Shown in pieces: positions 16,410 to 24,495 of a DNA stretch of 26,553 nucleotides (its first letter is position 1; the number at the start of each line of letters is the position of its first letter). The DNA comes from a virus (Duplodnaviria > Heunggongvirae > Uroviricota > Caudoviricetes). The translations under genes were made by a program, and so were the position numbers. The notes beneath the pieces are model-generated. The model was not told the origin of the DNA and searched no databases. It saw only the letters and a program-made list of their open reading frames with translations. The stretch is from IMG/VR virus record IMGVR_UViG_3300026484_000600, one strand, 5' to 3'.

Positions 16410-17159
16410 TTAAATATTTATTTTTTCGGTTTCAATATCGCCATTTCCATAACCCATACAAGTAGCACATTTAGAAATATACTTATTTTTTTCTGGTAAA
16501 GAGTTATCAAAAATTGATCCTAAAATTTCTTCAGGTTCACCATCAAATACCTCACAACAAGTAGCAATTCTACCATCCCACAATACTACGAATTCATTAT
16601 TTTTTATAAAAGAGCATTCTTTCCATGCATCACCTTTTACCTCACTATCTGCATTAACCTGACCTAAGTCTCTTAATTGTTTTAAGATTACTTTGTATCC
16701 CATTTCTTTAACATTTTTTAATTCTGTTTTGTATTTTTCTATTTCGGATAAATGTGCTATTTTCATAACTTCAATTTTGTCTCTATATTTTGAATCGATA
16801 TGTTTTAAGTGTTTAATACTTGGTGGAAAATGATATGATAAATTAACTTTTGATAGTCCCGTTTCAAATAGTTTTTCTGTTGTTTCTGGAGTTAAATATT
16901 CTCCATTGGTATTCAATTCTATAATTAATTCTGGGTTTTTATCTTTTAATGTTTTAATAGCATAAAGTGTTTTATCTAGTTCAATTAAACTTTCGCCATA
17001 ATGGTGTAATCGGATTGAATTACTAGTTAATATTTCGGCTATTCTGTCGATTGTTTCATTAGACATAGAGCCTACTTTTCTAGACATAGCAGTTGTTCTA
17101 GGACAATAATCACATCTAAATTGACATGCATTTGTTATTTCGATTTGGTATATTTTCAT
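16410..17159 (-). CDS. Radical SAM protein with SPASM/twitch-like C-terminus
   Basis: CQFRCDYC (CxxxCxxC), YGESL, NTNG, C...WDGRIATCC...CATC. Confidence 0.9.
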   Translation of the reverse strand: MKIYQIEITNACQFRCDYCPRTTAMSRKVGSMSNETIDRIAEILTSNSIRLHHYGESLIELDKTLYAIKTLKDKNPELIIELNTNGEYLTPETTEKLFETGLSKVNLSYHFPPSIKHLKHIDSKYRDKIEVMKIAHLSEIEKYKTELKNVKEMGYKVILKQLRDLGQVNADSEVKGDAWKECSFIKNNEFVVLWDGRIATCCEVFDGEPEEILGSIFDNSLPEKNKYISKCATCMGYGNGDIETEKINI

Positions 17160-17180
17160 TTTTTAACCTTTTTTATATAT

Positions 17181-17188
17181 ATTATACA
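17181..17188 (-). promoter_or_regulatory. TGTATAAT -10-type promoter box
   Basis: Upstream of the radical SAM gene. Confidence 0.6.
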
Positions 17189-17197
17189 AATAACATT

Positions 17198-18637
17198 TTA
17201 AAATAATAGTTCTGAACCATCAACTTCATCCGAAATATCAAATTTGAATTTTTTATTTTTTAATGCTATAAATGTTTCTTTATCAGTATGAATAATATCC
17301 AATTCATTAATAATTTTATAAAAAATTTCAGCATCATCAATAGCTATCCAATTTAAATCTCTATTTAGAAGTGTTTCAAGTATATATGATATGGATACAA
17401 AATTCTTCTGATTATCTAATATTTTATATAATTTAGTTTTTGTTACTTTTTTAGGATTTAAATTTAAAGCAGAATATTCTTCAAATATATCTGTCCAATA
17501 TTGGGCCCCATCATTATAAATTTTTCGCATTTTTTCTAATTGTTGCTCCATATCATATTCTTCATCATGCCAACGTTTTAAATCTTCACTCATTGTTTTT
17601 TTATTTGTAAAATATGCTAAACCTTTAAAGTTTTTACCCCATGAATATTCGTCAAGTACTACTGTTCTACAGCAATGTAATGCTTCAACTGTACTATATG
17701 CATATGATTCTAGAATAGCAGGTTGAAAAGAAAGCTTAGCTTTATTCATAAATGACTCTTTTTCATTTCCAAATATACCATATTTTATTTCATAAACCTT
17801 TCCATCATTTTGTGTTGGGTCATTTTTTCTTTCATTAAATTTTTCATAGCCTAAAGCTAAAAGTTTGGATTCAAATTTTTTAGCACCATTATCATTTGTC
17901 ATTATTAACATTTTTAAACCTGCTTCAGAAACAGCTTTTAAAAAAGTATCTGGATTTTTTCTAGGTTCATAACGTCCTACAAACAACACACCATTTTTTT
18001 CAATATTTGGATCTATGGAGTCTAAGAGACCTTTATCAGCTATCCTCAAAGGTAGTGTTTTAACATTTATATTTGGAAAGTTGTTTTCTATAATAGCTTT
18101 ATTATGATCACTATGAGTCCCAATGATAATATCGTCTAAGCACATTAATTGCTTGTAAATTTCAACCACAGACTTTTTAAAGACTGGATCATGTTTTTCA
18201 TTTACAAAAACCAGTTCACCGCTATGGGAATATACTATTGTAGGGGCAATACTTTGAATTCCAGTTATTAAAATTGGTAATATTGCATCATTAGAATTTA
18301 CAATAACGACATCATAAATTGCATTCTTAAATGATTGTAAAAAAGAATCCCTGAAGTTTATAGTTTTTTCCAAATTCATACTATCTGAGAAAACAAACCT
18401 TGCATTATGTCCTTTATAAGACAAATCATTATAAGGATATAAAATGTTTCCATTGTTTTTAAGTATATATTCTTCTAGATCTTTATTAGCTGGAGCTTTA
18501 TCCATTATGTAGTCAACTTTATAATCTAAATCATTACACATATCTACAAAAGCTCGTGCAAATGTTCCTATACCACCATGTATTATAAAATGTTGTGATG
18601 ATATAATAAATGCTATTCGTTTTTTATATTGTTTCAT
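17198..18637 (-). CDS. GT-B glycosyltransferase (GT4-like)
   Basis: HGGIGTF N-terminal loop, FVGRYEPRKN, ESYAYSTVE (E-x7-E); extra C-terminal ~100 aa ending SELLF. Confidence 0.87.
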   Translation of the reverse strand: MKQYKKRIAFIISSQHFIIHGGIGTFARAFVDMCNDLDYKVDYIMDKAPANKDLEEYILKNNGNILYPYNDLSYKGHNARFVFSDSMNLEKTINFRDSFLQSFKNAIYDVVIVNSNDAILPILITGIQSIAPTIVYSHSGELVFVNEKHDPVFKKSVVEIYKQLMCLDDIIIGTHSDHNKAIIENNFPNINVKTLPLRIADKGLLDSIDPNIEKNGVLFVGRYEPRKNPDTFLKAVSEAGLKMLIMTNDNGAKKFESKLLALGYEKFNERKNDPTQNDGKVYEIKYGIFGNEKESFMNKAKLSFQPAILESYAYSTVEALHCCRTVVLDEYSWGKNFKGLAYFTNKKTMSEDLKRWHDEEYDMEQQLEKMRKIYNDGAQYWTDIFEEYSALNLNPKKVTKTKLYKILDNQKNFVSISYILETLLNRDLNWIAIDDAEIFYKIINELDIIHTDKETFIALKNKKFKFDISDEVDGSELLF

Positions 18638-18649
18638 GTATCCTTCCCC

Positions 18650-19318
18650 TTATTTGTAATTCATTCTTGCAAATTTGCCACCATTCATATTGATAACTTC
18701 ATTATTAATATATCCAGAATCTTCAAAAAATAAATAATGTATGAGTTTAGCAACTTCTTCACTCATTAAATATCTTTCCTTTGGTAAATCTTTTGCTCTT
18801 TCTAAAACTTCTTCTAAATCATCCCGTTCTTGTGTCATTTTTGTATCTAATATAACCGATGGTGAAATCATATTTAATGATTGATTTTTGAACTTAATAT
18901 GTTTTTCTTCTATATAAGATTTTAAAGCTGCTTTACTTAAAAAGTAAGTTGTATCATACGAACCTTTTTTACCAGACTCAGAACCAATCACTACAATTTT
19001 TACATCTTTATTAATATCTAATATTTGTTCGATTAAATAAGTTGGGAATAAAAGATTTAAAGATACACTATTTAAAATTTCATTGTTCGTTTGTTCAATA
19101 ATCCGTTTTGGGTATAATGTACCTGCTGCAATTAAATAATATGAGCAATTTAAAGGTATTTTATTAATACTATTAAAATTTCCATTATTAATATTGATTT
19201 GAATATCATTATTTGGACTTTTCCCAACAGTTATTATGTCAAATGTTTTATCAATCATACTCATAAATGATTTTGAAATATTAGAATTAGCTCCGATAAT
19301 ACATATTTTATTATTCAT
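18650..19318 (-). CDS. Short-chain dehydrogenase/reductase (SDR)
   Basis: IIGANSNIS Rossmann loop, IGS, YFLSK (YxxxK), ISPS..DT.M, I.MNGG C-terminus. Confidence 0.85.
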   Translation of the reverse strand: MNNKICIIGANSNISKSFMSMIDKTFDIITVGKSPNNDIQININNGNFNSINKIPLNCSYYLIAAGTLYPKRIIEQTNNEILNSVSLNLLFPTYLIEQILDINKDVKIVVIGSESGKKGSYDTTYFLSKAALKSYIEEKHIKFKNQSLNMISPSVILDTKMTQERDDLEEVLERAKDLPKERYLMSEEVAKLIHYLFFEDSGYINNEVINMNGGKFARMNYK

Positions 19319-20345
19319 TTTTTAATCCCAGTATTTTTAAAATTTCTTTTTCAGCTTCAAATATGGTATCTATTTTTCCAGAAAATACAAAAATCTCTCT
19401 ATTATTATGTTTTACAACTACTTCTCGAGAATCGGTTTGAATATTTAATTTGCTTTTTGTTGTAAGAAAATAATCTTTAAACTCAAAATCTATTAAAAAA
19501 TCTGGATAATAATAAGTCATTTCAGCTTCCATTTTTTTAATAATATCTTTTATATAATCGTCCGATAAATTATTTTGAAAATCAATGATTTTTTTATAGC
19601 TTTTATCTTTTTTTAATACTGTGTTTTTTACGGATGTGAGTGTATAAACTCCCTTTTCATTATATGGAAATAGGGATACAAATTCACCGTCCATTATAGT
19701 TATTGCGAAATCGTTTTCATGATGTGATGTTTTGTATAATAAAACAATACAAGATTCATAAAAGGCATCAATGTTAAAGTTATTTCTAAACGTAGCCCAA
19801 GTACAGTTAATTAAATAGTCAAATTTTTCATCTTTGACTTGTACATATTTATCACAATTTTGAATATCTGCATTTTCAATTTTACAATTCAATCTTATAT
19901 CATTTGATAAAAGCTGTTTAAAGTGTTCTCTAGCAATTTCAAAATCAATGACTTCTTCTTTAGTATTGATTAATCCAGATAAATTTTGTAATCTATCAGT
20001 ATTATCTTTTATTTTAAAATCTAGATCATGTTTCATAATAATTTTAAATGTTTCAAAGTCTATTAAAGAACGTTGGTCATCAACAGCATAAAAATTTTTT
20101 GCTATAGTAGAGCAACAAAAGCCGTATTCATTTTTAAAAGTTTGAAAGCCCTGCTTTGATTGTAATCTTGTTATTGAAGATCTAGGATAGTGAAAACCTA
20201 AATGTAATCTATTTTGATTTTTTGATGATGCATGTTTAAAAATATCATCTTCTTGTTCAAATATAGTTACATCGATATTATATGATTTTAGTATTTTAGC
20301 TAGGTGACATCCATACCATCCAGCGCCAATAATAGCCACTTTCAT
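19311..20345 (-). CDS. FAD-dependent oxidoreductase (DAO-like)
   Basis: KVAIIGAGWYG dinucleotide fold, ASSKNQNRLHLGFHYPRS, SGKID. Confidence 0.87.
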   Translation of the reverse strand: MKVAIIGAGWYGCHLAKILKSYNIDVTIFEQEDDIFKHASSKNQNRLHLGFHYPRSSITRLQSKQGFQTFKNEYGFCCSTIAKNFYAVDDQRSLIDFETFKIIMKHDLDFKIKDNTDRLQNLSGLINTKEEVIDFEIAREHFKQLLSNDIRLNCKIENADIQNCDKYVQVKDEKFDYLINCTWATFRNNFNIDAFYESCIVLLYKTSHHENDFAITIMDGEFVSLFPYNEKGVYTLTSVKNTVLKKDKSYKKIIDFQNNLSDDYIKDIIKKMEAEMTYYYPDFLIDFEFKDYFLTTKSKLNIQTDSREVVVKHNNREIFVFSGKIDTIFEAEKEILKILGLKNE

Positions 20346-20373
20346 AAATAATCCTTTTTAATATTTTATATTA

Positions 20374-20381
20374 ATTTTACA
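20374..20381 (-). promoter_or_regulatory. TGTAAAAT -10-type promoter box
   Basis: Upstream of the FAD oxidoreductase-SDR-GT unit. Confidence 0.55.
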
Positions 20382-20384
20382 ATT

Positions 20385-21965
20385 TTAAAAAAGAGAATCT
20401 GATGGATTTCCATCTTCTTTAAAATCTCTTGGTGCCCGTTTTGCTCTTCTTGCTAAAAGATCTGGACGAACATATCCCTTTTCATGTTTCGGTACTTCAC
20501 CTACCCCCAATTCAGCTAATGGATCAGATTTCTTATCAGGGTTATCACCGTATTCACTTTTTTCAAACTCTTCTAAAGTATCCATTATTATATAATTCAG
20601 ATTTGTTCTTCCTGTTGTAGCTGTTGTATAAAAATAGTTACACATATCCTTAAAATCCTCTTTTGTATGTGCATTATGTTCAAATGTTTCAAACATAAAT
20701 TTTACTGTTCCGTTATATGAGAATATATCGGCTACATCCAATTCATCTTCTAAATAAGCTTCAATAACACTTAAATACTGTATCATATTATAAATGCTAT
20801 TATATCTTACTTGAGCTAGATATTTTCTTTCATATTCAGCACCATATTTTTTAAATTGTTCACTAACTTTTAATTTTTCACCATTATTTTGTGAATGATT
20901 CATTAAATCTTCAACATCTTCAAAAACATAGTCGGGGTAGTCTTTCAGTAAATTATGTACATTATTATAAAATTGTCTGATATTCTTTGAATGTGGATCT
21001 TTCCAATGATTTAATGATAAAAGAGGTTCATAATCTTTGGGATTTTTCATTTCCTCTACACTAGCATAAACACGTCCAAACGTGTATGATTTTGTTAATG
21101 CTGTACTATCAAATGAAATTCTTTTAACAGTATCAAAAATACCTTTTTTAGCCATCATCATAACTGGGATTATTCTTTGATATGAAGCTACTCCGAGTAA
21201 GTGTACATGCTGTCTATATTCTTCTTTAATTTCTTTTGCATTCATAAGGGTTGGTACATAATCAAAAACTTTCATTATACCCACCTTATTATCTGCTGAT
21301 GCCGATAATGAAGCAATAGCCATACCTTGGATATGCTCCTTAATATTATGTAAGTTTTTCATAATTGTTTCAGCATATTCAATATATGTATCTTCACTAA
21401 ATCCATGTACGATAGGTAATATTTTTGTATCTGTTTTAAGTTTTTCAAATACATCTATTTGCTGTTGAATGTGTGATGCTGAATTTTTTGCAGATATACC
21501 AACCATTTCTTTAATATGCACAACTCGATTATTATCAATTATTGATTTACCAAATTGATCTTGATTTTCTATAACTTTCAAAGGCATTTCATCAAATGTC
21601 ATAGCAAAATCACAATATTTAGCTTGAGTATCATAGACTTTCAATTTAATATCATCTGTAATTTCTAATCCTCTAGTGAGGACTTGCAATCCTCCAGAAT
21701 CAGCATAAATTGCATCATGATTAAGTTTGTTTTCTTCTTTTAATACTTTACCATCTTTTTCTTCTTGGAATGCATTAAAAAGTGTTGATAATACAAAGTA
21801 ACCTTTTAAATGTGTTTGTGACCAATCCAATAGTTTCTTAAAATCCTCAACACCTTCTCGCTTTATAGCATCTGTACTACCAGAACCTATTTTTAAAAAT
21901 GGGCGTAATGAACCAGAAACATAATCCAATGTAATACCATTTATTTGTTTTTTACTTGTAGACAT
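20385..21965 (-). CDS. TGT/DpdA-fold transglycosylase paralog 2
   Basis: DSGGLQ, AMTFDEMP, IVHG, HLLG, SFDS. ATG 21965 after AGGTG preferred over the tracked start at 21974. Confidence 0.87.
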   Translation of the reverse strand: MSTSKKQINGITLDYVSGSLRPFLKIGSGSTDAIKREGVEDFKKLLDWSQTHLKGYFVLSTLFNAFQEEKDGKVLKEENKLNHDAIYADSGGLQVLTRGLEITDDIKLKVYDTQAKYCDFAMTFDEMPLKVIENQDQFGKSIIDNNRVVHIKEMVGISAKNSASHIQQQIDVFEKLKTDTKILPIVHGFSEDTYIEYAETIMKNLHNIKEHIQGMAIASLSASADNKVGIMKVFDYVPTLMNAKEIKEEYRQHVHLLGVASYQRIIPVMMMAKKGIFDTVKRISFDSTALTKSYTFGRVYASVEEMKNPKDYEPLLSLNHWKDPHSKNIRQFYNNVHNLLKDYPDYVFEDVEDLMNHSQNNGEKLKVSEQFKKYGAEYERKYLAQVRYNSIYNMIQYLSVIEAYLEDELDVADIFSYNGTVKFMFETFEHNAHTKEDFKDMCNYFYTTATTGRTNLNYIIMDTLEEFEKSEYGDNPDKKSDPLAELGVGEVPKHEKGYVRPDLLARRAKRAPRDFKEDGNPSDSLF

Positions 21966-21974
21966 CAATATCAC

Positions 21975-23324
21975 CTAAAATAAAATATTTGTTGATTGTC
22001 CTTTATCTGAACCAACAGAAGGAACATCAATTTTTATATGTTTTTTAACATCTATAAACCAATCATTGTAATCATTTACATCAGTAATGCTCTCTAATTG
22101 TTCAAATAAGAAAATACCTTTTTGATTTTTACCTAGTAAGTTGGATAATGGTACTTCACCTTTTATATACCCTTTTAAAATATTGATAAAATTATAGGTA
22201 TTATAATATACAAAAACATGCTTTTGCGCAATTGTTTTAATCCCATCTTCTAATGATAAATTTTCTGTTTGTTGGTATCCAGTTGTAAAACCTTTAGAAT
22301 TATATACAGAATGTTCTAAAAGATCTTCAACACTATCAAAAATATTGTTGGGATTTTTTTTCCACCAATTCCACATTTTCTCATAATGCGCCTCAACAGT
22401 ATCATTTCTTATTTTGCCCAATGATGTACTTGCTCCGGCTTTAACATTTCCAGAAATAACATCTTCAACTTCTGGCCATACCATGCCTAATACATAAGTC
22501 TTTGATATTGTAGTACTATCAAAAGAAATTCTATTAACATCTGGAAGAATACCGTTCATTGCTGCAATAATAGGTGGTAGTAGTCTAGAAAAACCTGTAA
22601 TCCCCAATAAGTGCACATGATTCATTTTTTGTGATAAAATTTTAGAATGGTGGGCATTCATCATTCTATTTAAAAATTCAAAACCACTTGTACCACCACC
22701 AAAAGCGACACTTGTGATATAATCTAATTCATCTTTAGATAGCTGACTAAACATATTATTAGCGTATAAATCCATATCACTTTCACCTAAACCTTGAATG
22801 ATAGGCATAATTTTACAAGAAGTATTATATTCTTTAAATGCTTTAATTTGTTCAATTAAATTTTTTCCAGCTTGAGTCCCTGCATCGGCTACTCGTTCTG
22901 GGAAATATATTTTTTCACCATTTACAAATTCAGATGGGATCACATCAAAACTCATAGCAAAGTCACCATATGAAGCCTGTGTTTTATAAATTTTTTTTCT
23001 CATTTCTTCATCAATAGTTTTACCCTGAGTTAATACTTGTAATCCTCCAGAATCAACATACATCCCACCAGTATATAAATCTCTTAAATTAAGATTGAAT
23101 CCATTTAACTGCTCTGCCATTCTATCTTCTGTATATGCATTAAATAATGCACTCATCTCAATATTATCGCCCCTAGTTTCTGATTCTAAAAATTTAGTAG
23201 AACTAAATAATTCTTCTGCGACACCTTTAGCATAAGCTTCGTTTGGAGAACCTAATCGAAATGAAGCACCGAATCCTGAAAGAACATAATCAACAATTAG
23301 TTCTGTATTTTTGAATTTACTCAT
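21975..23324 (-). CDS. TGT/DpdA-fold transglycosylase paralog 3
   Basis: DSGGLQ, AMSFDVIP, IIQG, FGGG, HLLG, SFDS. Confidence 0.87.
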   Translation of the reverse strand: MSKFKNTELIVDYVLSGFGASFRLGSPNEAYAKGVAEELFSSTKFLESETRGDNIEMSALFNAYTEDRMAEQLNGFNLNLRDLYTGGMYVDSGGLQVLTQGKTIDEEMRKKIYKTQASYGDFAMSFDVIPSEFVNGEKIYFPERVADAGTQAGKNLIEQIKAFKEYNTSCKIMPIIQGLGESDMDLYANNMFSQLSKDELDYITSVAFGGGTSGFEFLNRMMNAHHSKILSQKMNHVHLLGITGFSRLLPPIIAAMNGILPDVNRISFDSTTISKTYVLGMVWPEVEDVISGNVKAGASTSLGKIRNDTVEAHYEKMWNWWKKNPNNIFDSVEDLLEHSVYNSKGFTTGYQQTENLSLEDGIKTIAQKHVFVYYNTYNFINILKGYIKGEVPLSNLLGKNQKGIFLFEQLESITDVNDYNDWFIDVKKHIKIDVPSVGSDKGQSTNILF

Positions 23325-23341
23325 ATATTTTCCTTTTGAAT

Positions 23342-24106
23342 CTAAACACCCGGTTTATCATTCCATAATCTAATATGTAATCTATCGCTATATTTCCAAT
23401 TATTTTTAATAGCCAGTTCAGCAGTTTTCAAAGCATGTTTTTCAACTCCAACTGTTGTTTCACCCATAGGCATTACGAAAACATCAGTATAATATGGAAT
23501 GCTATCTAAAATATCGATGATTTCTTTTTCTACGTTATCCATATCATTACCAATAACAAATTTAAAATAGCTATATTTAGAATTTTCAAGAATATTAGTT
23601 AGATTTTTTATATTGATACGTTTATGCTCTGCTTCACCACTATTTTTTAATTTGACTGACATAGAAAACATAATTTCTTTTTGATAATCTTTTGTGAATT
23701 CAATATCGATACTGCCATTAGTTTCAATTGTAATTTTATAACCTCTTGATATATAATAAATTAATACATTTTGAAAGTCTTCATTATTCCAATACATTAA
23801 TGGTTCTCCACCAGTTATGATTATGTCCGGTTTAAAAATACCATGATCTCCTTTATCTAATATTGCATCCATTCTATTAACAATTTCTTTATAGTTTAAG
23901 AAATCCCATGATTTCTTAAACTTTTGGTCAACAGCATAATAACTATCACACCCAAACTTTTCATTGCCATCAGGATCTGTATATGCTACACCGAAACCTT
24001 TACAAGTAAAATTACACCCTCCAACTCTTAAAAAATATGAGATTACACCACTTCTTGCACCCTCACCTTGTATAGTTGGGCCGAACATTTCCATAATAGG
24101 TATCAT
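23342..24106 (-). CDS. queE: 7-carboxy-7-deazaguanine synthase QueE (radical SAM)
   Basis: EMFGPTIQGEG, FLRVGGCNFTC-x17-CDS, ITGGEP, IETNG, S.KL..SG, RLHIRLW..KPGV. Confidence 0.93.
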   Translation of the reverse strand: MIPIMEMFGPTIQGEGARSGVISYFLRVGGCNFTCKGFGVAYTDPDGNEKFGCDSYYAVDQKFKKSWDFLNYKEIVNRMDAILDKGDHGIFKPDIIITGGEPLMYWNNEDFQNVLIYYISRGYKITIETNGSIDIEFTKDYQKEIMFSMSVKLKNSGEAEHKRINIKNLTNILENSKYSYFKFVIGNDMDNVEKEIIDILDSIPYYTDVFVMPMGETTVGVEKHALKTAELAIKNNWKYSDRLHIRLWNDKPGV

Positions 24107-24129
24107 ATTAATCCTTTTTTATTTTAGTT

Positions 24130-24495
24130 TTATTTTACAATTTTTTTTATTTTTAATGATTTTGATAAAGATCCGATTTGCATTTTATAAGTTGCTGCAA
24201 TACCTAAAAGCATACCGATTATAATAAAAAAAGTACCTTCATTATCGCCCAGATTAACGGCATTTAAAACCCACATTATATCAGCTGCAATATAGTTTAA
24301 AGTTGCAACAAAAATTTCACCTTTAAAAACTAACCATGCCCCAAGAATTAGTAATATTCCTCCTGCAGTCAAATAACTCATCCCACTAAATAAATAATAT
24401 ATCCATAAAGTGCTATATCCTATAAAGAATACTTTATCAAATTTGGTTAAATCTAAACCTTTTATGAAAGATTTAATTTTATTAAAAAAGTGCAT
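24130..24495 (-). CDS. Small membrane protein (about 4 TM)
   Basis: Hydrophobic helices, GG.LLI.GA...YIAADIMW; ATG 24495 with GAGGA SD preferred over the tracked start 24510. Confidence 0.75.
   Translation of the reverse strand: MHFFNKIKSFIKGLDLTKFDKVFFIGYSTLWIYYLFSGMSYLTAGGILLILGAWLVFKGEIFVATLNYIAADIMWVLNAVNLGDNEGTFFIIIGMLLGIAATYKMQIGSLSKSLKIKKIVK
24132..24139 (-). promoter_or_regulatory. TGTAAAAT -10-type promoter box
   Basis: Overlaps the end of the membrane gene, upstream of queE. Confidence 0.45.

Noticed and set aside
4029-24224. Other short ORF-track entries antisense to or nested in longer genes (e.g. 4029..4445, 5185..5529, 6245..6508, 7137..7325, 8644..8919, 10804..11046, 12162..12395, 15456..15719, 23964..24224)
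   Set aside because: They lie within well-supported genes, show no motifs and read as shadow-frame sequence.
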